Source of the DNA: Phycisphaeraceae bacterium | GTDB taxonomy: Bacteria; Planctomycetota; Phycisphaerae; Phycisphaerales; Phycisphaeraceae | Direction of reading: 5' to 3' | DNA length: 64,000 nt | Assembly (NCBI GenBank): GCA_020849625.1 | Contig: JADLFV010000123.1 | Location: 10,605 to 74,604 of the forward strand | Shown here: in pieces, positions 52,219-62,839 of the stretch | How positions within the stretch are numbered: position 1 is the first letter of the stretch | Layout: each line of letters opens with the position of its first letter | The notes under the pieces: generated by a model | What the model saw: the letters and a program-made list of their open reading frames with translations, nothing else | Told to the model about the DNA's origin: nothing | Databases searched by the model: none | Position numbers and translations under genes: made by a program

Positions 52219-53124
52219 TTATCTCAGCGCGCCGTCGAGGATGACCACGTTGGCCTGTTCGATCAACTGCCGGGCCAACTGGTCCATCAGCAGTCGCTGG
52301 GCCCGGCGGCGCACCTGCTCGGCCAGCTTGTCGCGCACGTCTTCCAAAGCTTGCGCCGAGCCGGGTATTGTCGCCTCCAGCTTGAGAATGGCAAATCCGC
52401 TCTCCACGCTTACCGGCTCGCTGACTTGGTTTGGTTCCAATCTCGTCAGCACTTCCCGAATCGCCTGCGGATAAGCCGGGTCGGCGGCGTTGATCGGCTC
52501 CAACAGACCGCCCGCCGCTGCGGACGGATCGATCGACCGCTCCATGGCCAGCTCGGCGAAGTTCTCGCTCTGGGCACGTTGGCGCAGGTCAGCCGCTTCG
52601 CGCAATGTGGCGGTGACGATCACCCGCGCCCGGTAGCGCGGGCCGTAGGTCTGGTCGTAGGCCAAACGGATCGCAGCCGGGGTCACTTCGACCTGCTCAG
52701 CGATCAGGGCGCGAAGCTGGGCGTTGCGGGTGAGAAACTCCGCGAAGCGCTTCTCGCCCAGGCTTCGCCGCTCTCGAAGCTGTGCCAGCAGGCGGGCCGC
52801 CTCGTCGGGATCGTCGGACAACGTCTCCAGCAGCAGTTGTTTCTCGACCGCGATGTCCTTATCACTGATGGCCCAGCCGCGATCGGTGAACTGTTTGTCC
52901 AGCGCGCGGTCCAGAATCAGCTCGTTCAACAGGGACCGGCCGGCAATCTCCAGCAGGCCGGGGCGAAGTTCTTCCAGCGTCACCGGCCGGCCATCGATGT
53001 AGGCCAAGGGGGGCGATGGATTTTCGATTTGTGAGTTTTGATTTTCGGTTTTTACTGAAGGCGCAGAAGTCTGGCAGGCGGTGATCAGCGTGCAAAGCAG
53101 CAGTGCGCAGGTCGTTCGGTGCAT
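52219..53124 (-). CDS. SurA/PrsA-like peptidyl-prolyl isomerase lipoprotein (tentative)
   Basis: Lipobox LITAC. SurA-N-like helical region; parvulin-like end (QVSEPVSVESGFAILKLE). Confidence 0.55.
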   Translation of the reverse strand: MHRTTCALLLCTLITACQTSAPSVKTENQNSQIENPSPPLAYIDGRPVTLEELRPGLLEIAGRSLLNELILDRALDKQFTDRGWAISDKDIAVEKQLLLETLSDDPDEAARLLAQLRERRSLGEKRFAEFLTRNAQLRALIAEQVEVTPAAIRLAYDQTYGPRYRARVIVTATLREAADLRQRAQSENFAELAMERSIDPSAAAGGLLEPINAADPAYPQAIREVLTRLEPNQVSEPVSVESGFAILKLEATIPGSAQALEDVRDKLAEQVRRRAQRLLMDQLARQLIEQANVVILDGALR

Positions 53125-53186
53125 GGTCTGACGCTACGACAGGCGGCCGGGGTTGTCAAAACCGTGTGTTTGCCGCAAGCGACGGT

Positions 53187-53879
53187 TCAATAGATCGAGC
53201 GGCAGTCGAAATGCCCGGAATGATCGTTGACGTTGCCCAGGCAGCACTCCAGCCGCTCGGCTGCGGTGCGCACGCCCAGCATGCGCGGATGCACGCGCAG
53301 GGCTTCACGGTAACAAAGCAAAGCCCGGCGTAGATCGTTGAGCTGCGCGAAACAGTGCCCCATGCACGCCATCGCTCCGAAGTGACAGGGCATCCGCTCG
53401 ATGGCCAGCCGGCAGTCGGCTATGCCCTCGCGCCACTGCTCGAGCATCTCGTGGGCCATGGCGCACTGGTTGTAAGCTTCGGCGAAATTCGGGTCCAGCT
53501 TGTATGCCTGTTCGAAGCTGGCGATGGCTTCTTCCAGCTTGTGCTGGCCCAGCAGGTTCAGCCCGCGCTCGAACGGCTCCTGGGCCTCCTCCGAACCATC
53601 GCGGAACCACAACGTCCACAACCCGTGCTCAGCCATGCGCACCACCTGCTCGTCGTTGTCCTGTAAGCACCGGGCCAGACGGCAGGCGTCGTCGCGCTCG
53701 CCGATCAGTCCCACCGCCACGGCCGCCAGCCGCCGCACGTCGGCGTCGGCATGGTCCAGCAGCGTGGCGACCTGCTTGCCGGTCCAGCGATAGCTGATGA
53801 CCCGTGCCATTTGCGAGACATCGCCGGTCTCCAGGGCCGGTCGTACCAATGAGACAAACGCATCGGCGTCGATGGACAT
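53187..53879 (-). CDS. HEAT/TPR repeat protein
   Basis: HEAT-like LLDHADADVRRLAAVAVGLIG...LQDNDEQVVRMAEHGL, followed by TPR units (AIASFEQAYKLDPNFAEAYNQCAMA...). Confidence 0.55.
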   Translation of the reverse strand: MSIDADAFVSLVRPALETGDVSQMARVISYRWTGKQVATLLDHADADVRRLAAVAVGLIGERDDACRLARCLQDNDEQVVRMAEHGLWTLWFRDGSEEAQEPFERGLNLLGQHKLEEAIASFEQAYKLDPNFAEAYNQCAMAHEMLEQWREGIADCRLAIERMPCHFGAMACMGHCFAQLNDLRRALLCYREALRVHPRMLGVRTAAERLECCLGNVNDHSGHFDCRSIY

Positions 53880-54024
53880 GCGTGCGATTGTAGGAGCCCA
53901 GATTGGCCGGGGCCACTGTCATCCCGGGCACTTTTGCCATTCCGGGGGCGATTATCGGACCGCCGCCCCGGCCCTGAAGCCCGCCGCACCGGCTTGCCGA
54001 TAACCATGCTGGAGTGCGCCAGCC

Positions 54025-54345
54025 ATGACCATCGAACGCCGACACGACCACCGCTACAGCCTGGACCGCCTGATCAAGGTCCAGTTCGACCAGACCGGCG
54101 GCCGCTATCTGCCGGGCCAGACGGTCAATATCTCAGCCGGGGGCATCATGCTCAAGATTGACTACGCCCGTCATCTGCAACTGGGCCAAGAGGTCCGCCT
54201 GGCCATCGCCAGCACCCCCCGCCAGGCCCTGCTGGCCGCCGATGACGCCCTGTCCGGCACCGTGGTCCGCAGCCTCGGCCACGCTGACACCCAGCACGTG
54301 GCCATCCGCTTCCACAAGCCCAACCTGATCGCCGAAGCGTGCTGA
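54025..54345 (+). CDS. PilZ domain protein
   Basis: RRHDHR (RxxxR) followed by NISAGG (D/NxSxxG). Confidence 0.7.
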   Translation: MTIERRHDHRYSLDRLIKVQFDQTGGRYLPGQTVNISAGGIMLKIDYARHLQLGQEVRLAIASTPRQALLAADDALSGTVVRSLGHADTQHVAIRFHKPNLIAEAC

Positions 54346-54351
54346 AACAGC

Positions 54352-54444
54352 ATGTCTGATGTGTGAGAGCTGATTGCTGATGTCAGATCAGCGCGCGACC
54401 GCCCATGCCTTTTCATCAGCAATCAGCAATTTGAGATCAGACAT
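54352..54444. repeat. Long hairpin, ATGTCTG / CAGACAT family, between convergent genes
   Basis: Left arm 54352-54382 (ATGTCTGATGTGTGAGAGCTGATTGCTGATG) is the imperfect reverse complement of the right arm 54414-54444 (CATCAGCAATCAGCAATTTGAGATCAGACAT). Confidence 0.85.
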
Positions 54445-54450
54445 ACCTCG

Positions 54451-54915
54451 TTACTTCAGGTCGCCCGGATCATACACCCACTGCTCGATCGTGTGCGCAT
54501 CTTCGTGTAGTTCGTCAGCGGTGAACCATAGCGCCAACTCGCGCTCGGCCGAAGCGGGGCTGTCGGAGCCGTGGACCAGGTTGAATCCGCCGGAGAGGCC
54601 GAAGTCGCCGCGGATGGTGCCCGGCTCGGCGTTGCGACCGTTGGTGGCGCCGATCAGCTTGCGGCAGACCGCCACCGCCTCCAGGCCGCGGATCGCAAGC
54701 ACCAGCACCGGCGAGCTGGTCACGAACTTCACCAGTCCTTCATAGAACGGCTTGCCCTTGTGCTCGGCATAATGTTTGCCCGCCAACTCGGGGCTGACCT
54801 TGATCAGCTTGGCCCCGATGATGCGCAGGCCCTTGCGCTCGAAGCGCTCGATGATCGAACCCATGAGGCCGCGCTGCACGGCATCAGGCTTGAGAATGAT
54901 CAGTGTGGTTTGCAT
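54451..54915 (-). CDS. ndk: Nucleoside-diphosphate kinase
   Basis: TLIILKPDAVQRGL, NLVHGSDS (active-site His). Confidence 0.9.
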   Translation of the reverse strand: MQTTLIILKPDAVQRGLMGSIIERFERKGLRIIGAKLIKVSPELAGKHYAEHKGKPFYEGLVKFVTSSPVLVLAIRGLEAVAVCRKLIGATNGRNAEPGTIRGDFGLSGGFNLVHGSDSPASAERELALWFTADELHEDAHTIEQWVYDPGDLK

Positions 54916-54991
54916 GGGGGATTTATCGCTTAACCAGCCCGCACTTGCAAGCAGGGGGGAAATCGATCGCGGACCCCGCTAGCATCAAACC

Positions 54992-55426
54992 ATGGATTGG
55001 ACGAATCTCTGGGATCATATGTGGCACCTGCTGGTCGCCTTCGGTCTGGTGCTGCCGTTGGGATGGGACCGCGAGCGAGCGGCTCGATCGGCAGGACTGC
55101 GCACGTTTCCTCTGGTGGCGGTGGCGACCTGCGGATTCGTGCTGGTGGGCATGACCGAGTTCGATGGTGATGACGCCCGGGCCCGCATCATCTACGGCAC
55201 CATCACCGGGCTGGGATTCCTCGGTGGTGGGGCGATTCTCAAAAACAATGAGGCCGTGCACGGCATGACCACGGCTGCCAGCCTGTGGAACACCGGCGCG
55301 GTGGGTATCGCGGTGGCGGCCAACCAATTTACCATCGCCGTGCTGCTGGCCGGGATCAACTTCCTGCTTCTGCGGCTCAAGCACTGGCTGCCCGAAGAGG
55401 TGCACCATCACGAAGATCAATCGTGA
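54992..55426 (+). CDS. MgtC/SapB family membrane protein
   Basis: GLRTFPLVAVATCGF, ITGLGFLGGGAIL, TAASLWNTGAVGIAV. Confidence 0.8.
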   Translation: MDWTNLWDHMWHLLVAFGLVLPLGWDRERAARSAGLRTFPLVAVATCGFVLVGMTEFDGDDARARIIYGTITGLGFLGGGAILKNNEAVHGMTTAASLWNTGAVGIAVAANQFTIAVLLAGINFLLLRLKHWLPEEVHHHEDQS

Positions 55427-55441
55427 TCATGCAGTCCCGAT

Positions 55442-56809
55442 TCACCCGCCCCGGGTGACCTCTTTCGTCGTGCCGATGATCCGAAGCTGCGTGGTCAGCG
55501 TGTAGGTCAGATCGCCGTCCTGGTAGATCAATTCCACGTAAGCGGCTGAATGACCTTCCTGCGGGCGCGGCAGATGGAAGCGGTAGGGGCCGTCGCTCTC
55601 AGCGATCAATGTCTGCGGGGTCCAGCCGCTGCCGCGGAAATCGCGCGTCGGCGTGTTGCTGGACCAGGCCTGCACCAGACGCGGCGTCTGGTCGCTGCGC
55701 ACCTCGATCGCTAAACCATCTTCATCCTCCTCGAAGCTCCACTGCGGCATGGGCATCTGCAGCATGCCCGCCGCCGCACGGTGCACGGCCACCACGCCTG
55801 CGACCACCTGCGTCAGGCCCGTCTCCAGGCTGTGGCCGGCATTAGGCACGTAGAGAATGCGCTTCTGGCCAATCAATCCGTCCCAGTAAAGATTCAACGC
55901 ATCCAGCGGCCAGTACGGATCGTTCGTGCCCAGCACGATCAGCTTGGGCATCGTGATGCGATCGCGATAAGCATAGGGATCGACGATGCGCTGAAGCTCC
56001 TGCCCGGCCGGCTCCTCGAAGCGATCGATGATGCCCAGTTCGGTGTAGTCGTGGATCATCTGCGAAAACGTGCCCCAGGTCTCGACCTGGTGCTTCATCT
56101 GCGGCTGCATGTTCAGCACGTCGATCACCATCGGGGCGATGGCGTTGACTCGCGGATCGACCGCGCCGGTCAGCCACGTGGTCCAGCCGCGCTTGGAGGC
56201 CCCGGTCACCGTGAAGTGCTCGACGTTCAATCCCCATTGCTCCTGAAAAAACTTCTGCCCCGCATCCATCGCCCGCACCGCGCTCTTGACCATCGGCAGC
56301 AGCAGCGGCCAATCCGCCTGCTGCGTGTTCAGGTACTGATCGAACGTGTAAGCAATCGCGGCGTCTTCCCGCAGGTTGTTGAAGATCGGCTGAAACGGCA
56401 CCTGCATCAACACCACCACCGGCGAACCCAGCCGCTCGGCGATCGTCGCGAACAGCATCGCTTCCTTGGGCAACGTCGCTGCGCCCTCGGCCGTCGGCGG
56501 CTGATCGTCACCTTCGCGCCAGCGACCGCCCGCGATCAGCAGCAAGCCCTGCTTCTCCGCGTAGATCTTCGATGGTTTGACCACGAACACCCTGTGCTTC
56601 CAGGTGATCCCGTGCCAGGTCTGCGAAGTCATCGTCAGCTCGTAGGCCTCGGTCGCCCCCAGCATCATGTGCTGGCGCACCTGGTAGCTGAAGCTGTCGT
56701 CGGGCTTCTGCACGTAACTGACGAGCGTCGAATCCGAAATCTCCGCCCGACAGAGCGGCGCAGCCAGAATCACAGCCAACAGAGCGAAAGCAGCGCGGCG
56801 AATCAACAT
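55442..56809 (-). CDS. PhoPQ-activated pathogenicity-related (PqaA-type) family protein
   Basis: Start MLIRRAAFALLAVILAAPLCRA (signal) at 56809; GASKRGWTTWLT motif as I recall for PF10142. The longer ORF to 57043 reads through a repeat. Confidence 0.6.
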   Translation of the reverse strand: MLIRRAAFALLAVILAAPLCRAEISDSTLVSYVQKPDDSFSYQVRQHMMLGATEAYELTMTSQTWHGITWKHRVFVVKPSKIYAEKQGLLLIAGGRWREGDDQPPTAEGAATLPKEAMLFATIAERLGSPVVVLMQVPFQPIFNNLREDAAIAYTFDQYLNTQQADWPLLLPMVKSAVRAMDAGQKFFQEQWGLNVEHFTVTGASKRGWTTWLTGAVDPRVNAIAPMVIDVLNMQPQMKHQVETWGTFSQMIHDYTELGIIDRFEEPAGQELQRIVDPYAYRDRITMPKLIVLGTNDPYWPLDALNLYWDGLIGQKRILYVPNAGHSLETGLTQVVAGVVAVHRAAAGMLQMPMPQWSFEEDEDGLAIEVRSDQTPRLVQAWSSNTPTRDFRGSGWTPQTLIAESDGPYRFHLPRPQEGHSAAYVELIYQDGDLTYTLTTQLRIIGTTKEVTRGG

Positions 56810-56908
56810 GTGCGTTCTCCCAGGGGAAACTTCGATTGCGATGCCGTGACCCATACGCCCTCCGCCCCGGCAAGTTGCACGGCCTTCCGGGTCGTGTTTC
56901 GCTCTGTC

Positions 56909-56973
56909 GGGTGCCACGGCCGCGCGCCGGCCGTGGGTTGTTCCAGCACACCCGCGCGCGGGTGTGGCACCCG
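56909..56973. repeat. 65-nt double-hairpin palindromic element, copy B (intergenic, divergent promoter region)
   Basis: GGGTGC-CACGGCCG(CGCGC)CGGCCGTG-linker-CACACCCG(CGCG)CGGGTGTG-GCACCC; same orientation as copy A. Confidence 0.85.
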
Positions 56974-57037
56974 GCGTAAACCAACCCATCATCCGCATGT
57001 TACTATCGGCCACTGCCCACCTTCGGAAGGACACGAG

Positions 57038-58294
57038 ATGCAATTACTCCTGATCGCCTCACTGGCTTTGTTCGCATGCACATCCCTGGCCGCCGCCCAG
57101 ACGCCGCCGGAGCAACGCTTTGTGCAGATGTCACCCGAGCAGGTTCGCGAATACGAACTGAGTGTGATGCGGCAGATCGCTGACCTGGCCCTGATCCCAC
57201 CCGTGCTTAACACGTCCCCGCTGCCGGATTACGACTATGACAAGCTCGACTACGGCATGACCATCGGCATCGAACGCACGCCCGCCGGCCGACTGTGGGT
57301 CTGCTGGGTGGCTGGCGGCGACAGCCCCGAAGCGTTCTTCCTGCTGGCGACCAGTGATGACAACGGCGAAACCTGGTCCAAACCGCGCCTGGTCATCGAC
57401 AACCATTCGCCGAACCTGCCCCTGGGCCGCAGCACGCTGGTGGGCACGTTGTGGACCGATCCACCGGGGCGATTGTGGCTGTTCTTCGATCAGTCGATGG
57501 AGATGTTCGACGGTCGGGCCGGCGATTGGGCCACCGTCTGCGAAAACCCCGACGCTGACGATCCGCAGTGGTCCGCCCCGCGCCGCATCTGGCACGGGCT
57601 GACGCTCAACAAACCCACCGTGCTCTCCACCGGCGAATGGATGCTGCCCATCTCGCTCGATCAACGTCCCGGCTTCGGTGCATTCAAAGGCGCGTTCCCC
57701 GAACTGGATCCCTATCGCGGCGCCAACGTTTTCGTCTCGGATGATCATGGCCAAACCTGGCAACGCCGCGGCTGCGTCACGTTCCCCGATCCCGACTGGC
57801 ACGAACACATGATCGTCGAACGCCGCGACGGCAGCCTGTGGATGCTAGCCCGCACCAAAAAAGGCATCATGCAGAGCATCTCCACCGACGCCGGCCAAAC
57901 CTGGTCGCAACCGGATGAGCCGCCCGCCATCCGTCAACCCAACGCCCGCTTCCACATCCGCCGCCTCGCCTCCGGCCGCCTCCTGCTGGTCAAGCACGGC
58001 CAAACCGTCGATGCCCACGACGGCCGCTGCCAACTGTCCGCCTGGCTCTCCGAGGACGATGGCCGGACTTGGCAGGGCGGCCTCATGCTCGACGAACGCA
58101 AAGGCATCAGCTATCCCGACTGCGCCCAATCGCCCGACGGCACGCTCTACATCTCCTACGACCGCAATCGCAGCACCGAAGGCGAAATCCTGCTCGCCCG
58201 CATCAGCGAAGACGACATCCTCGCCGGCCGACTGGTCAAACCCGACTCCAGACTCCGCATGCTCATCTGCCGCCCCCAGGCCCCGCGAGAGTGA
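57038..58294 (+). CDS. BNR repeat (sialidase-fold) glycoside hydrolase-like protein
   Basis: Signal peptide MQLLLIASLALFACTSLAAA. Four Asp-boxes: SDDNGETW, SDDHGQTW, STDAGQTW, SEDDGRTW. The 837-aa ORF upstream of 57038 is a shadow ORF. Confidence 0.8.
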   Translation: MQLLLIASLALFACTSLAAAQTPPEQRFVQMSPEQVREYELSVMRQIADLALIPPVLNTSPLPDYDYDKLDYGMTIGIERTPAGRLWVCWVAGGDSPEAFFLLATSDDNGETWSKPRLVIDNHSPNLPLGRSTLVGTLWTDPPGRLWLFFDQSMEMFDGRAGDWATVCENPDADDPQWSAPRRIWHGLTLNKPTVLSTGEWMLPISLDQRPGFGAFKGAFPELDPYRGANVFVSDDHGQTWQRRGCVTFPDPDWHEHMIVERRDGSLWMLARTKKGIMQSISTDAGQTWSQPDEPPAIRQPNARFHIRRLASGRLLLVKHGQTVDAHDGRCQLSAWLSEDDGRTWQGGLMLDERKGISYPDCAQSPDGTLYISYDRNRSTEGEILLARISEDDILAGRLVKPDSRLRMLICRPQAPRE

Positions 58295-58345
58295 TTATCG
58301 CACGTCGTGCCTGAAGCAACACGGATCAACCTCGACGGACAATAG

Positions 58346-58432
58346 CCGGCGAGCCACGTCTCGCCGGACGAAGGTGATTGTGTGCCCGTCACTGTCCCTG
58401 TAGAGAAGATCCGGCGACGCGTAGGTCGCCGG
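58346..58432. repeat. Pair of related GC hairpins (CCGGCGAG-N6-CTCGCCGG and CCGGCGAC-N6-GTCGCCGG)
   Basis: 58346-58367 and 58411-58432. The outer flanks ATAGCCGGCGA / TCGCCGGCTAT are also mutually complementary. Confidence 0.65.
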
Positions 58433-58443
58433 CTATCGCGCAC

Positions 58444-58476
58444 AAGAAAAAGCCCACGGAGGAGAGTCCGTGGGCT
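58444..58476 (-). terminator. Rho-independent terminator of glnN
   Basis: Minus strand: AGCCCACGGA-CTCTCC-TCCGTGGGCT followed by TTTTTCTT. Confidence 0.75.
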
Positions 58477-58524
58477 GAGGGGCAACTTTGATGTCGCAGC
58501 GCCCAAGTGCAGCGCGGCGGCGGA

Positions 58525-60720
<2,196 letters not shown>

Positions 60721-60901
60721 GACTCCGTGTGAATGTTTGCCCGGTCGGCTGCGCCTCCGCTCCGCGCGTTCGCCGCCACCGTTGGATCAGGGCAGAGACT
60801 GTAGCCGATGTTCAACTTTTTTGCAACCCATGATGCCGGTGCCTATTTTTTAGGCACGTCCGGCGCGCCAGGGCCGCCTTGAGTAAGGATTGGGCAGGGG
60901 A

Positions 60902-61012
60902 GGAAGGGATGAGGTATGAGGATGAGGGATGAAGACTGAAGGATTGCTGGAGTCGCCCTCTTCACATCATCCTTCATCCTTCATCCATCATCCATCATTC
61001 ATCATCCATTCC
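60902..61012. repeat. Long hairpin, GGATGA(G/A)-unit family
   Basis: Left arm 60902-60944 (GGAAGGGATGAGGTATGAGGATGAGGGATGAAGACTGAAGGAT) is the imperfect reverse complement of the right arm 60966-61012 (ATCATCCTTCATCCTTCATCCATCATCCATCATTCATCATCCATTCC). Confidence 0.85.
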
Positions 61013-61085
61013 CCGCACCTCGACGCATCAAACCGATGCAACTAGAATGGCCCCTTCGCTCGGCCAGTGACCGGCCGACGGCCGC

Positions 61086-61157
61086 GCCACCTTAGCTCAG
61101 CGGTAGAGCAGTGCTTTCGTAAAGCACAGGTCGTGGGTTCAAATCCCACAGGTGGCT
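61086..61157 (+). tRNA. tRNA-Thr(CGT)
   Basis: GCCACCT acceptor paired with AGGTGGC; D arm GCTCAGCGGTAGAGC; anticodon stem GTGCT/AGCAC with loop TTCGTAA; T arm GTGGGTTCAAATCCCAC; no encoded CCA. Confidence 0.9.
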
Positions 61158-61231
61158 TGAGGAGGCTTGAGTTGTCAGGCTTGAGGCTTGAGGCCAGCGA
61201 ATCTCTAGCCTCAAGCCTCATCCCTCAAGCC
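61154..61231. repeat. Long hairpin, GGCTTGA 7-nt-unit family
   Basis: Left arm 61154-61194 (GGCTTGAGGAGGCTTGAGTTGTCAGGCTTGAGGCTTGAGGC; begins inside the tRNA-Thr 3' acceptor end). Right arm 61208-61231 (GCCTCAAGCCTCATCCCTCAAGCC; overlaps the stop at 61225-61227 of the minus-strand AKR gene). Confidence 0.85.
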
Positions 61232-62196
61232 TTCACAAAAATCGGCTCCAACTCCCGGCTCAACACCACCAACTGCTCCCGCTCATCCTCACTCAGCGGC
61301 GACAGATTCCCCGTGGCGATCTCCAGCGCCAAACGCCACAACGACTCATCACCCGGCGGCAGCGCAGCCGTCACCGGCAGATTCAACGTGAAACGCAATC
61401 CCATCTCCGCCTCTCGCCTTTCGCTGAGCGGCTGATACCAGCACTTGGGATATTCGCTGCGCTGTCGATCATCCTTCGACTGCCAGCGCTGCCGCGCCAT
61501 CGCCTTCAACGCCAGCACCGATGCGCCTTGGCTGATCGCCTTCTCGATCACCTGCGGCCCGAAGTCGCCCTTGAGGATCGCCGCGAAATTCACCGGCAGC
61601 AGCACCGAGTCAAACTCGTAACGATCCAGGGCCGTCAGCGCAGCCGCCACCGAATGGGCGGAGAACCCCAGATGCCGCACCCGCCCGGCTTTCTTCTGCT
61701 CGATCAGCCACGGCATCACGCCGTCCTCAGCGAACGCCGCATCGACATCCTTTTCGACATCCGTGATCGCGTGCAGTTGATACAGATCGAAGTGATCCGT
61801 GTATAGCCGTTGCAGCGACCGCTCGAACTCCTGCTTGGCCGCCTCGGCGCTGCGCTCCGTGGTCTTGCAGGCCAGGAAACAATCCTTGCGATAGGGCTTC
61901 AAGGCCGGCCCCAGCTTCAACTCCGCATCGCCATAGCTCGGCGCGACATCGAAGTAGTTGACGCCGCGCTCGACCGCCTCCGCCACCACGCGGTTGGCGT
62001 GTTCCTGCTCAGCGTCCATGACCACGATGCCGCCAAACCCGATCACCGACAGCGGCACACTCTCCCGGCCGTAGGCCCGCCGCGGCAATTCACCTTGCTT
62101 GTTCATGTCCGCATTCTCCGCGTGCAGATGATTCGATCCCCACGTCATCGCAGCCGTGGACATCATCGACCACTTGAGAAACTCGCGTCGCTGCAT
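61225..62196 (-). CDS. Aldo/keto reductase with Tat-type signal
   Basis: Start MQRREFLKWSMMSTAAMTW at 62196; GVNYFDVAPSYGD, AKR-like layout. Confidence 0.75.
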   Translation of the reverse strand: MQRREFLKWSMMSTAAMTWGSNHLHAENADMNKQGELPRRAYGRESVPLSVIGFGGIVVMDAEQEHANRVVAEAVERGVNYFDVAPSYGDAELKLGPALKPYRKDCFLACKTTERSAEAAKQEFERSLQRLYTDHFDLYQLHAITDVEKDVDAAFAEDGVMPWLIEQKKAGRVRHLGFSAHSVAAALTALDRYEFDSVLLPVNFAAILKGDFGPQVIEKAISQGASVLALKAMARQRWQSKDDRQRSEYPKCWYQPLSERREAEMGLRFTLNLPVTAALPPGDESLWRLALEIATGNLSPLSEDEREQLVVLSRELEPIFVKA

Positions 62197-62443
62197 GGTT
62201 GTCTCCTTCAAGAGCATGTCAAGAGCCGCGACCGTCAGGGAGCGGTCATGTTGTGGAAACCTCAGTGTAAGAAACACAACGCCAGTCGCTCAAAAGTGCA
62301 TGATCAATGAAGCATGATAGCCTCACTACCACGCTTGGGAAATAGATGCAGAAATGCGAAAACGATTGACAGAAGCGACTTCCGCGATGGAAAATAGTTG
62401 TGCCGGAGTTTGAGCGGTCGTTTCGCCACGGCTCTCAGACGGA

Positions 62444-62839
62444 TTGTTTCTGTTACTTGTAAGAATCGAAATGTACGAAACATACATATTCTTATACTTT
62501 TTCGCCCCTCCAATAGCTGTCATCGTTGGGTTTATCGCCTGCTGTATCTGGCTTCGCAGGACGAATCGCCTCATTGGAATCTGCATCTCGCTGTTCGCTC
62601 TGGTAGCTTACGGTGTTACTTTTCTGCTGGTCAAAATGGATCCATCGCCTCAGGCTCCGTTGCTGCTGCTGGTGGTCAATTGTGTCATTGTTGGCCCGGT
62701 TTTCGTCGCACATTTAATCTTGCTGGCTTATCGCGACATACAACGGCATGCCAGTCAGGAGCCACCCCTGATCGGTGACGCCGGTAAACGACAATCGCCA
62801 ACAATCAATTCTGACTCTGCGGCTTCTTCGGCTCGGTGA
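62444..62839 (+). CDS. Hypothetical small membrane protein in a low-GC patch (start uncertain)
   Basis: 3-4 hydrophobic helices (YIFLYFFAPPIAVIVGFIACCIW, IGICISLFALVAYGVTFLLV, LLLLVVNCVIVGPVFVAHLILLAY). The 3' end overlaps the convergent AKR gene by ~35 nt. No homology recognised. Confidence 0.35.
   Translation: MFLLLVRIEMYETYIFLYFFAPPIAVIVGFIACCIWLRRTNRLIGICISLFALVAYGVTFLLVKMDPSPQAPLLLLVVNCVIVGPVFVAHLILLAYRDIQRHASQEPPLIGDAGKRQSPTINSDSAASSAR

Noticed and set aside
55781-57037. The upstream 419 codons of the 837-aa ORF 55781-58294(+), and similar N-terminal extensions of ORFs at 1788, 3226, 38838, 47807, 52191, 57043 and 62277.
   Set aside because: The extensions run antisense to real genes or through repeat hairpins. 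Internal starts give proper signal peptides, RBS spacing and family-typical N-termini.
60800-60860. Sigma-54-like promoter upstream of glnN (minus strand GGCAT-N-TTGCA within GGCACCGGCATCATGGGTTGCAAAAAA).
   Set aside because: The GG-to-GC spacing is 13 (or 19) nt, not the invariant 12. I cannot support it without a position-weight scan. The adjacent GTGCCT-ATTTTTT-AGGCAC hairpin is also ambiguous.
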